A stretch of 59,335 nt of DNA from an uncultured Candidatus Saccharibacteria bacterium (GCA_964643135.1 CAZXPC010000005.1:1-59335), one strand, 5' to 3'. Positions 9,180 to 17,583 are shown, counted from the stretch's first letter. Numbers and translations: made by a program. The notes: generated from the letters alone by a model not told the origin.

Positions 9180-12100
9180 ATGCTCCCGAAAATATTTAAT
9201 AAGCTATATAGCGCCCTTAATATCGAGCAAAAAGAGGCGGTCGATGCGATCGACGGGCCGGTTATGGTGATTGCTGGGCCGGGCACCGGTAAAACGCAGA
9301 TTCTGACGCTACGCATTGCCAATATTTTGAGAGAGACCGATACCAACCCGGATAACATTTTGGCGCTCACTTTTACCGAGTCGGCGGCTTATTCGATGCG
9401 TAAGAGGCTGGTCGACATCATTGGCTCAGCGGCTTATCGCGTTAATATCAGCACCTTTCATGGCTTCTGCAACGAAATCATCAAACGTTTCCCGGAAGAT
9501 TTTCCGAGGATCATTGCGAGCACAAACATTACCGAAGTCGACCAGATCCGCATTGTCGAAGATATTATTGAGAACACGAAGTTGAAGGATTTGAAACCAT
9601 ATGGCGACAAATTTTACTATCTTTATCCCATCATCCGCTCGATCAGCGACCTTAAGCGCGAAAATATTGATACTAAAGAGTTTGAGAAGTTGTTAAGAAT
9701 ACAAGAGAGAAAACTTCACCCAGTTAAATCCGCCAGGGGATCAGCGGTCTTGGAGAAACTTTTCAGCAAAAATAAAGAGCTGGTTAAGGTCTATAAAGCT
9801 TACGAGAAAGAGTTGGCCAAGGCCAAGCTTTATGATTATGACGATATGATTATGGAAGTTTATCGGACATTATCCAAGAACCATGATCTTCTAGCGACGC
9901 TCCAGGAAGAATATCAATACATTTTGGTTGACGAACACCAAGACACCAACAACGCGCAGAACAAAGTGGTAGAGCTGCTGGCTAAATTTCATGATAATCC
10001 GAATATATTCGTGGTGGGGGACGAGAAGCAGGCAATTTTTAGGTTTCAAGGCGCCTCACTCGAAAATTTTCTCTATTTTAAAAAGTTATACAAGAAAGCC
10101 AAGATAATTACGCTCGAAAAGAATTATCGATCCAGCCAGAATATTTTGGACTCGGCTCATTCGCTGATCTCGAAGAGCGTCGATGGTTTTGAAGAGTTCC
10201 GCAAGAATCTGAGGGCTGCAGAAGATGAAGACAGCGATGAGGAGCAGAAAATCAGTGTTTATTCATTTTCTAAGGAGATGTCAGAATACGAATTTATCGC
10301 GCGCGATATCCGCACCAAGGTAAAGGCTGGGGTTCTGCCGGAGGAGATCGCCGTGCTCTATCGTGAGAACAATGATTCACAGGCCATCGCTAAAGTTTTA
10401 GATCGGCACGGAGTGGATTACATAATCGAATCTAACGAGGATATTTTATCTGACAACAATCTCAATAAACTGTTTTTAATTTTGAAGGCAGTTAACAACT
10501 TTGGCAGTAAGGCTGATTTTATCAATATGGCCCATGTTGATTTCTTAACCATCGATTCTCTGGACCTCTATCGCTTAATTAATTCAGATCAGAGAGATTT
10601 CTTTGGGTTGCTGAAGAATAAATTAGCGCTCAAGAGGCTTGGTGTTGAAACCCCGGAAGCTATTTCAAGGATTTATGAAAAATTAGCCGGCTGGTACAAG
10701 ACCGAAAAGAATAAGAACCTCCTGGAATTTTTTGAGATAATTGTTCGTGAATCAGGCTATTTGGATTATATTCTGTTGCTTAATTCTTCGGCCGAGGACT
10801 TGGAGAGGCTCAATAGTTTCTTTGATGAAATAAAGTCGCTTATCGAAGCGCATCGAGACGTCCGGTTAAAGGATCTGATCAAACACTTGGACTTGCTTAA
10901 AGATCATGGAGTATCGGTTAAGGCGGAAATTGGTCAAAGTAAGTCCGGAAAATCAGGCAAGGTCAGATTAATGACGGCGCACCGATCAAAAGGGTTGGAG
11001 TTTGATTACGTTTACATAATAAAAGCCTATGATGGCCACTGGGGGAATAAGCGGAAGCCGAATCCGCTCAAGCTCGCGCTGAATTTAGAGAGCTTAGCTA
11101 ACTCCGACACCTTGGCTGACGAGCGCCGGCTTTTTTACGTCGCTTTAACTCGTGCCAGGATTGGCGTCATGATAACTTACGCGACCGAGGGCAAAAATGG
11201 CATGCAGTTGCCTAGCCAATTTATTGAAGAAATTGATAAAGCTTTAGTTGATTTTAGAGATGGCGCGGCTTATGAAAAGGAATTTGCCGGTAGCCAGAGC
11301 CGACAGAATCATTTTAAAGAAGTTCAGAGCAAAGCAGCGCCGCTTAAAGACAAAGAATATCTGAACGGCTTATTTTTAGATCATGGCTTGTCGGTCACAG
11401 CGCTCAATAATTATCTAGAGTGTCCGTGGCGATATTTCTATAACAATTTGGTGCGGATACCGACGGCGATCGAAAATAGCCAGATGTATGGCATCGCACT
11501 TCACGAGACTTTGAAATATTTTTTTGATAAATATAAAACGAGCGGCGAAGGAAGTAAAAAACTTCTGCTCGAACTCTTAGATAAGAATTTCAAGAAACAG
11601 CCGTTTAGCAAAAAAGATTTTGATGTGTTTTATGAACGCGCTAAGAGGTCCATCTCAGGCTATTATGATGAATATTCAAGGTTCTGGTCTAGGAATATTT
11701 TGAACGAATTTAATATCAAGGGGGTTTTGCTGGAGGATAAGATTCACCCGGTTAAATCCGCCAAGGGCGGTGCGGAGCAATTTAACCGGGTAAAAATCAA
11801 CGGCAAAATCGACAAGATTGAGATTTTGGATTCGAAAAGCGATGCTAATGAAGTAATTGTTTATGACTATAAGACTGCGAAACCAAAGAGCCGCAACGCA
11901 ATTGAGGGCAAAACGAGAAGTTCCAAAAATAACCAACAGGGAAATTACAAGCGCCAGTTGGTTTTCTATAAACTATTACTCAACTTATACGACAACAATA
12001 AATATAGGATGCAGAAAGGCGTGATTGATTTCTTGGAGCCGGACGAACGCGGCCGCTATAAACGTGAGGCTTTTGAAATAACCGATACGGAAGTCGCCGA

Positions 12101-12215
12101 ACTAACTGAGCTGATCAAAAAAGTTTCAGGAGAAATTCTAGATTTATCTTTCTGGAACGAGAAGTGCCACGACAAAAAGTGCGAGTACTGCAAGTTGAGG
12201 GGAATGATGAAGTAA
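9180..12215 (+). CDS. UvrD/PcrA-type helicase fused to a PD-(D/E)xK (RecB/Cas4-like) nuclease with a 4-Cys cluster
   Basis: 1011 aa; GPGTGKT, DEHQDTN, VALTRAR helicase motifs; C-terminal YLECPWRYF .. DYKT .. CHDKKCEYC. Confidence 0.9.
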   Translation: MLPKIFNKLYSALNIEQKEAVDAIDGPVMVIAGPGTGKTQILTLRIANILRETDTNPDNILALTFTESAAYSMRKRLVDIIGSAAYRVNISTFHGFCNEIIKRFPEDFPRIIASTNITEVDQIRIVEDIIENTKLKDLKPYGDKFYYLYPIIRSISDLKRENIDTKEFEKLLRIQERKLHPVKSARGSAVLEKLFSKNKELVKVYKAYEKELAKAKLYDYDDMIMEVYRTLSKNHDLLATLQEEYQYILVDEHQDTNNAQNKVVELLAKFHDNPNIFVVGDEKQAIFRFQGASLENFLYFKKLYKKAKIITLEKNYRSSQNILDSAHSLISKSVDGFEEFRKNLRAAEDEDSDEEQKISVYSFSKEMSEYEFIARDIRTKVKAGVLPEEIAVLYRENNDSQAIAKVLDRHGVDYIIESNEDILSDNNLNKLFLILKAVNNFGSKADFINMAHVDFLTIDSLDLYRLINSDQRDFFGLLKNKLALKRLGVETPEAISRIYEKLAGWYKTEKNKNLLEFFEIIVRESGYLDYILLLNSSAEDLERLNSFFDEIKSLIEAHRDVRLKDLIKHLDLLKDHGVSVKAEIGQSKSGKSGKVRLMTAHRSKGLEFDYVYIIKAYDGHWGNKRKPNPLKLALNLESLANSDTLADERRLFYVALTRARIGVMITYATEGKNGMQLPSQFIEEIDKALVDFRDGAAYEKEFAGSQSRQNHFKEVQSKAAPLKDKEYLNGLFLDHGLSVTALNNYLECPWRYFYNNLVRIPTAIENSQMYGIALHETLKYFFDKYKTSGEGSKKLLLELLDKNFKKQPFSKKDFDVFYERAKRSISGYYDEYSRFWSRNILNEFNIKGVLLEDKIHPVKSAKGGAEQFNRVKINGKIDKIEILDSKSDANEVIVYDYKTAKPKSRNAIEGKTRSSKNNQQGNYKRQLVFYKLLLNLYDNNKYRMQKGVIDFLEPDERGRYKREAFEITDTEVAELTELIKKVSGEILDLSFWNEKCHDKKCEYCKLRGMMK
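9715..9745 (+). repeat. 5' half copy of the in-frame palindromic element
   Basis: TTCACCCAGTTAAATCCGCCAGGGG, same reading frame (LHPVKSARG) as the full copies. Confidence 0.6.
11743..11798 (+). repeat. 56-nt nested-palindromic element inserted in frame (copy in the helicase-nuclease)
   Basis: 54/56 identical to 15296-15351; outer stem ACCCGGTTAAAT/ATTTAACCGGGT, inner CCGCC-AAG-GGCGG. Confidence 0.9.
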
Positions 12216-12222
12216 AAAAAGA

Positions 12223-12242
12223 AGAGGACTTGATTATCCTCT
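12223..12242 (-). terminator. intrinsic terminator of the block D operon
   Basis: minus strand: AGAGGA-8nt-TCCTCT followed by TCTTTTTTT; the stop codon lies in the loop. Confidence 0.6.
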
Positions 12243-12587
12243 CGCGGCTGCCAGGAGTTTGTCCTGAACTTCGCGGACAACGGGGTCGTTGGCGTGGAAC
12301 ACGTGGTCGCATGTTTCGCCGGCATCGAAGAGTGAGCTGGCCGATCGGTTTTCATCCATGAGGAAATCGATCAGCGCTTCACTTTCGGCGTATCCGACGT
12401 CGGTTTGCCTTGCTTTCGACATTACGAAAGCGTGGCTGACCTCGTCTGCGATGTTGGTCAGGATGATTCGTAGCCAAGACCAGTCTGCCCACTTTGGCCG
12501 GTGCTTGATCGAGCATTCTGCGCACTTGCGGCCCTGGTAGTCGTTGCGCTTGATCCGGCGCACGTAATTGAACCATGATTCGGTCAT
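12234..12587 (-). CDS. hypothetical 117-aa protein (GC-rich block D)
   Basis: SD GAGGTG upstream of the ATG; starts 9 nt after the upstream mini-ORF stop. Confidence 0.6.
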   Translation of the reverse strand: MTESWFNYVRRIKRNDYQGRKCAECSIKHRPKWADWSWLRIILTNIADEVSHAFVMSKARQTDVGYAESEALIDFLMDENRSASSLFDAGETCDHVFHANDPVVREVQDKLLAAARG

Positions 12588-12596
12588 CTTTTCACC

Positions 12597-12740
12597 TCAC
12601 AGATTCGACCGAATCATGGCTGACCGCTGGCGCTCCCCGTCTCGCGCTTTCTTGCGACCTTCTTCCTCGCCAACTTTGTAGGTGACGAAGAGGGAGAGAA
12701 GCCAAACGATGCCGAGGATGATCCACCAAAGAACTGTCAT
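12597..12740 (-). CDS. 47-aa single-TM mini-protein MTVLWWIILGIVWLLSLFVTYKV..
   Basis: hydrophobic N-terminus and basic tail; GAGG upstream; not in the ORF track (under 60 aa). Confidence 0.5.
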   Translation of the reverse strand: MTVLWWIILGIVWLLSLFVTYKVGEEEGRKKARDGERQRSAMIRSNL

Positions 12741-12791
12741 TTCTCTAGCCTCAGACAAATCCTATCAAGCTTTTTCGTAAACTGCAAAGAA

Positions 12792-12825
12792 TAAAAAAAG
12801 AGACTAAGAGAGAAATATTAGTCTC
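12792..12825 (-). terminator. intrinsic terminator
   Basis: minus strand: GAGACTAA-10nt-TTAGTCTC followed by TTTTTTT. Confidence 0.75.
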
Positions 12826-12862
12826 AGGGAGGACCCGAGGTGCCTGTCGAGCGCCCCAGAGG

Positions 12863-12982
12863 TCATTCGTCTTCCTCGCCAGGCAGCGCTGATCTGCTGT
12901 TTGCGGCGCAGAGCGACCAGAAGAAGATCACGGCGAGAACTAGGACGACAATGCAGATCGCTCTGATAAGCCAGACGTTCAC
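12863..12982 (-). CDS. 39-aa single-TM mini-protein (GTG start) .NVWLIRAICIVVLVLAVIFFWSLCAA..
   Basis: SD GGTGAGGA 4 nt upstream of the GTG; TTGCAT-17-TTAAAT promoter upstream; terminator downstream. Confidence 0.5.
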   Translation of the reverse strand: MNVWLIRAICIVVLVLAVIFFWSLCAANSRSALPGEEDE

Positions 12983-13047
12983 TTGTTCCTCACCACCCGC
13001 AATTTAAACACAGAACTGTAATTTATGCAATAATGGGAATTGAGCGG

Positions 13048-13545
13048 TTAATTAGATTTTTCGTAAACGGCGAACCTGTAGCCGGGGTGGATTTCTTCGG
13101 CTTTAAGTGTCCAATCCTTGGTCGAGATTTTTGGGAAAAAGACATCGCCTTCGGGTTCTTGGTCGATCCAGGTGATGTAGAGCTTGTCAGCCTTGTCTAA
13201 TGTCTGGTTGTAGATACTTGCGCCGCCGATTATAAATAAGTCTTCGTTTTTGTGTGCCTCAAGCGCCTTATCCAGATCATTGAAGGTTTTAAATTCCTTT
13301 TTGAGCTCAGGCGGGATATTAATGGATTCCTTACTCACCACCACCTTTTTTCTATTAGGCATTTTTCTGCCGAGGTCAACAAATATAGATTCATACGTAT
13401 TTCTGCCCATTAGGACTGTTTTGCCTAGGGTAAGTTCTTGGAAACGCTTTTTGTCGTCGGGCATGTTCCGAATATCTCCCCAGGGAAGCTTGTTGCCGTT
13501 ACCAATCACATTGTTCTTTGCGACAGCAGCGATAATGCTTATCAT
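13048..13545 (-). CDS. folA: dihydrofolate reductase
   Basis: 165 aa; MISIIAAVAKNNVIGNGNKLPW .. GRNTYESI .. FIIGGASIY. Confidence 0.93.
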   Translation of the reverse strand: MISIIAAVAKNNVIGNGNKLPWGDIRNMPDDKKRFQELTLGKTVLMGRNTYESIFVDLGRKMPNRKKVVVSKESINIPPELKKEFKTFNDLDKALEAHKNEDLFIIGGASIYNQTLDKADKLYITWIDQEPEGDVFFPKISTKDWTLKAEEIHPGYRFAVYEKSN

Positions 13546-13574
13546 AGTATTCAGTATACTATATACTTATATAA

Positions 13575-15257
13575 ATGCTTAGAGATGATTTGAAAAGGAT
13601 TGTGAAGGGCGATATTGAGGATGATGCGCCCATTTTGACGCGTTTTAGTCGCGATGCCAGCCTTTTTGAGGTGCGGCCGCAGGTGGTAGTTTCGCCTAAG
13701 TCAGTCGATGACATAAAAAACGTTGTTAAGTTTGTTAGCGAGAATAGGTCCAAGGGGAATCAGGACAAAACTCTATCGATAACGGCACGGTCGGCGGGCA
13801 CTGATATGTCCGGTGGTCCGCTCAATAACTCGATTATTTTGTCGATGACAAAATACTTTAATCACATTAAAGAGGTTAAAGAAACGGGCCAAGATAGTAA
13901 TGCCGGCTACGCCGTGACAGAACCGGGAGTCTACTATCGCGATTTTGAAGCCGAGACGCTAAAGAAAGACTTGCTGATGCCGTCATATCCGGCCTCGCGT
14001 GAAATTTGTACCGTGGGCGGTATGGTCGCGAACAATTCCGGCGGCGAGAAAACTCTGGCCTACGGCAAAACCGAAGATTTCGTTTTGGAGCTGAAAGTTG
14101 TGTTGGCTGACGGCAATGAATACACCATTAAGCCCCTCACTAAAACTGAACTGGTTGAGAAACTGAAGCTTAATAACTTCGAAGGCAAAATTTATAGCGA
14201 GATTTTCCACATGGTTGAGGACAACTATGAGAAGCTGAAAGCGGCCAAGCCAAACGTCACTAAAAATTCGGCTGGTTATTATTTATGGAATGTTTGGGAC
14301 AAAGAAAAATTTGATTTAACACATCTTATCGTCGGTTCGCAGGGGACGCTGGGCCTTGTAACCGAGATCAAGTTCAGGCTGGTTAAGGTAAAGAAACACG
14401 ATCGGTTAGCGGTTATTTTTATGAAGAAGCTGGATGCTTTGCCCGAATTGATCAATGCGGTTCTGAAATACAAGCCGGAGAATTTTGAAAGCTACGACGA
14501 CCAGACTTTGAAGCTGGGGATAAAATATTTCCCCGACATCATTAAGATTTTGAAGCCGAAGCATATGGTTAGCCTTGCGATGGAATTTATACCGGAATTT
14601 TTCGCCGGTTTGTGGGGCGGATTGCCGAAACTTATCTTGCTCGTTGAATTTACGGGCGACGACGAAGGAGAGATCGAGAAGAGATTAAACGATCTGGATG
14701 AGGACTTAGAAAAGTTTCCAGTTAAAGTACGTATTACTAAAAACGACGAAGAGGAAAAGAAATATTGGACTTTCCGCCGCGAGAGCTTCAACCTGCTCCG
14801 CCACCATTTGAACGGCAAGCGGACGGCGCCATTTATAGATGACATTGTGGTGCGGCCCGAATTTTTGCCCGAATTTTTGCCAAAGTTGAATGCGATTTTA
14901 AAGCAATATCCGATCTTCTACACTGTGGCTGGCCACATGGGCGATGGCAATTTCCACATTATTCCCCTGATGGACATGGCTGATCAGCGTTCCAAGACTA
15001 TCATTATCGAACTCTCCGAAAAAGTTTATGACTTAGTTATTCAATATAAGGGTTCGATCACGGGCGAGCACAATGACGGCATTATCCGCACGCCGTTTTT
15101 GGAAAAAATGTATGGACCGGAAATTTGCGACATGTTTAAAAAAGTGAAAAATATTTTCGACCCGCAAGGTATTTTTAACCCCGGCAAAAAGGTGCCGGAC
15201 GGGACGGGCGGCGGCACGATGCAATTTTTGAAAGACCATATTATTAACGTTAATTAG
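13575..15257 (+). CDS. FAD-binding (PCMH-type) oxidoreductase, GlcD/D-lactate dehydrogenase-like
   Basis: 560 aa; ARSAGTDMSGG, VGGMVANNSGG, C-terminal GSITGEHNDG. Confidence 0.85.
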   Translation: MLRDDLKRIVKGDIEDDAPILTRFSRDASLFEVRPQVVVSPKSVDDIKNVVKFVSENRSKGNQDKTLSITARSAGTDMSGGPLNNSIILSMTKYFNHIKEVKETGQDSNAGYAVTEPGVYYRDFEAETLKKDLLMPSYPASREICTVGGMVANNSGGEKTLAYGKTEDFVLELKVVLADGNEYTIKPLTKTELVEKLKLNNFEGKIYSEIFHMVEDNYEKLKAAKPNVTKNSAGYYLWNVWDKEKFDLTHLIVGSQGTLGLVTEIKFRLVKVKKHDRLAVIFMKKLDALPELINAVLKYKPENFESYDDQTLKLGIKYFPDIIKILKPKHMVSLAMEFIPEFFAGLWGGLPKLILLVEFTGDDEGEIEKRLNDLDEDLEKFPVKVRITKNDEEEKKYWTFRRESFNLLRHHLNGKRTAPFIDDIVVRPEFLPEFLPKLNAILKQYPIFYTVAGHMGDGNFHIIPLMDMADQRSKTIIIELSEKVYDLVIQYKGSITGEHNDGIIRTPFLEKMYGPEICDMFKKVKNIFDPQGIFNPGKKVPDGTGGGTMQFLKDHIINVN

Positions 15258-15258
15258 C

Positions 15259-16077
15259 ATGAACACCAAATCGCCAACACTTTTTGAGGCGAAAGTTCAC
15301 CCGGTTAAATCCGCCAAAGGCGGTGCGAAGCAATTTAACCGGGTAAAAATCGCTTTTTTCGACATCGATGGCACGATTTTCCGCTCGAGCCTTTTAATCG
15401 AACTTATTAACGGCCTGGTTGAAAGCGGAATTTTCCCCAAGAAGGCGGCTCATGAAATTATCGGCAAGAAGATAGCCTGGCTCGACCGCACCGGCCGGTA
15501 TGACGAATATCTATATCAAGTTGTGCTGGTTCACCTCAAATATATCAAGGGTTGCCGCTGGGAAGATGTGAAGCGAGTGGTTGAGATCGTGATCAAAGAA
15601 GAAGGCGACATGGTTTATCGCTACACTCGCGATTTGATTAAGAAACTTAAGAGCGAGGGTTATTACATGGTCACGATTTCGGGTTCGCCGATTTATATGG
15701 TGCAGGAATTTGCCAAACACATGGGTTTCAACAGCGCTTTTGGCCAGATTTTGGGGATAGAGAATGGAATTTTTACAGGTGAGATTGTTAACAAGAATTT
15801 TCGGGATAAAGAAAGCATCATCAAAGAATTCCTGGCGACCTCCGGCATTGATGCAGACATGGAAAATTCGATTGCTGTCGGCGACACTGACAATGATATC
15901 CCGATGCTTAAGATGGTCGGTCGCCCGATCGCGTTTAACCCCAACCGCGAACTGGCTCTTTATGCCAGAAAAGAAAATTGGGAGATTGTGGTTGAGAGGA
16001 AAGATTCGATCTACCAAGTTAAAGATTTTGAGTTGCTGGATTATGAGGGAGTGGACGAAAAGAAGCGCGAGTTCTAA
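15259..16077 (+). CDS. HAD-IB family hydrolase (SerB-like) with a repeat-derived N-terminal extension
   Basis: FFDIDGTIF motif I follows the repeat copy directly; GDTDNDIPM motif IV. Confidence 0.85.
   Translation: MNTKSPTLFEAKVHPVKSAKGGAKQFNRVKIAFFDIDGTIFRSSLLIELINGLVESGIFPKKAAHEIIGKKIAWLDRTGRYDEYLYQVVLVHLKYIKGCRWEDVKRVVEIVIKEEGDMVYRYTRDLIKKLKSEGYYMVTISGSPIYMVQEFAKHMGFNSAFGQILGIENGIFTGEIVNKNFRDKESIIKEFLATSGIDADMENSIAVGDTDNDIPMLKMVGRPIAFNPNRELALYARKENWEIVVERKDSIYQVKDFELLDYEGVDEKKREF
15296..15351 (+). repeat. 56-nt nested-palindromic element inserted in frame (copy in the HAD hydrolase)
   Basis: 54/56 identical to 11743-11798; same frame (VHPVKSAKGGAKQFNRVKI). Confidence 0.9.
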
Positions 16078-16552
16078 ATTTGCCCGCCCTCCGAGAAACC
16101 CAAATCTCCTCCTCGCTTAGCCCTCTCCTCGCGACCTAAATCTTCCCCGCCTCCGAACTCGCTTCCGCCCCTCGGAACCAGGATATTTTTAGTACTCTAA
16201 AAATTCCCTACCGCTCGGCTGCCCGCCTCCGCAGTTTCCTCAGAACGAAACCGAGTTCTCGGCTCTGTAGAGCTTCTAGGCAAGCCCCCAATCCTCCCAC
16301 AGCAAGCATCGCGGAAGAATAGTCATAAATAGCCGTATCGAGCGAGGAAAGGATACTGGAACTGGAGCCGAGAATGAATTAGTAAATGAATTCCGGGCGG
16401 AATTCCAGAGGTTCCCCGAGCGAGACTAGGACTATTTATCTATTCTGTAGCGCCGCTTGCGAGGAGAGGGTGGGGGTGAGCTGGGACGAGTGGTAAGAGA
16501 GATACAGGCGAGGAGCGCGACACTGATGACGAGGCTGAGGTTTTGTGCGATA
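16078..16552. repeat. ~470-bp noncoding element with pyrimidine-rich left arm and purine-rich right arm
   Basis: No ORF over 60 aa in 16120-16432. 12-bp inverted repeat CCCTCTCCTCGC (16121-16132) / GCGAGGAGAGGG (16458-16469). Its ends match both window termini. Confidence 0.6.
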
Positions 16553-16783
16553 ATGGACTTTATGGACAACCAACGTGAAATTTTGCAGACAATCCAAAAG
16601 CGCCGGGAAGGCGGACTGACCGATGAGCAGATCCGGGCGATTTTTATCAACCAGGGTTACACTGACGAGCAATTGAATGGCCTTATTGAGGAATCATATA
16701 AAGAATTGCCCGCCGCAAGCGCAGAGCCGGCTGTAATGGCGACGCTGAAGAAAAAGGGGTGGTGGCCGTTCGGGCGCAAATAA
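16553..16783 (+). CDS. hypothetical 76-aa protein
   Basis: low-GC part of track ORF 16457..16783, taken from the internal ATG (MDFMDNQREIL..). Confidence 0.5.
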   Translation: MDFMDNQREILQTIQKRREGGLTDEQIRAIFINQGYTDEQLNGLIEESYKELPAASAEPAVMATLKKKGWWPFGRK

Positions 16784-16788
16784 TTTTT

Positions 16789-17583
16789 ATGACTACAAAA
16801 AAAGATACATCTTGGGGCGGCGTCGCCAAGTGGTATGACAATTTGGTTGAGAAAGAGGCGAGTAACTATCAGAAAGATGTTATTTTGCCGAATCTGATGC
16901 GGTTGGTTTCGCCGAAAAAAGGTGAGGTGATTTTGGACTTAGCGTCCGGCCAAGGATTTTTCTCGCGCGAGTTTGCTAACGCCGGAGCGAGTGTATTCGC
17001 CGCTGATATTGCGCCGGAGTTAATTAAAATTGCTAAAGACTTGTCTGCCAAGGCTGGTTTGAAGATTGATTATCATGTCGCGCCGGCGGATAAGATTGAT
17101 TTTGTCAAAAATAACTCGGTTGATAAGATCACGATTGTGCTCGCGATTCAGAATATTGAAAACCTCGCTGGTACGCTCGGCGAGTGCGCGAGGGTTTTGA
17201 AACCGAGTGGGAAATTGTTTTTGATAATGAACCACCCGACATTCAGAATTCCTAAAGCTAGCTCTTGGGGTTGGGACCCCGCATCGGCAAGCGATCGCGG
17301 GGCAGGGGCAACTGCGCAATATAGGCGTGTAGATGAATATATGTCTGAGTCAAAAACAGAAATCGAAATGCACCCTGGCCGAAAACCGTCTCAAAAAACA
17401 GTTTCTTTCCACCGGCCGCTTCAAGTGTATTTTAAAGCGTTTAAAAAAGCCGGTTTGGCTGTGACTGGTCTCGAGGAATGGATCTCAAACAAAAAAAGCG
17501 AGGCGGGGCCGCGCGCTAAGGCCGAGGATAAGGCTAGGAAAGAGATTCCATTATTTATGATGATGGAACTAACCAAGATTTAA
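16789..17583 (+). CDS. class I SAM-dependent methyltransferase
   Basis: motif I VLDLASGQG; start taken at the internal ATG (MTTKKDTSWGG). Confidence 0.85.
   Translation: MTTKKDTSWGGVAKWYDNLVEKEASNYQKDVILPNLMRLVSPKKGEVILDLASGQGFFSREFANAGASVFAADIAPELIKIAKDLSAKAGLKIDYHVAPADKIDFVKNNSVDKITIVLAIQNIENLAGTLGECARVLKPSGKLFLIMNHPTFRIPKASSWGWDPASASDRGAGATAQYRRVDEYMSESKTEIEMHPGRKPSQKTVSFHRPLQVYFKAFKKAGLAVTGLEEWISNKKSEAGPRAKAEDKARKEIPLFMMMELTKI

Noticed and set aside
16340-16380. Group II intron domain V-like string AGCCGTATC..GATACTGG
   Set aside because: Only the lower stem resembles domain V. There is no upper stem with a GNRA loop, no AGC-triad pairing partner, no other intron domains and no RT ORF.
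16520-16545. Hammerhead-like CTGATGA core
   Set aside because: No matching GAAA core or flanking helices. It is an isolated 7-mer.
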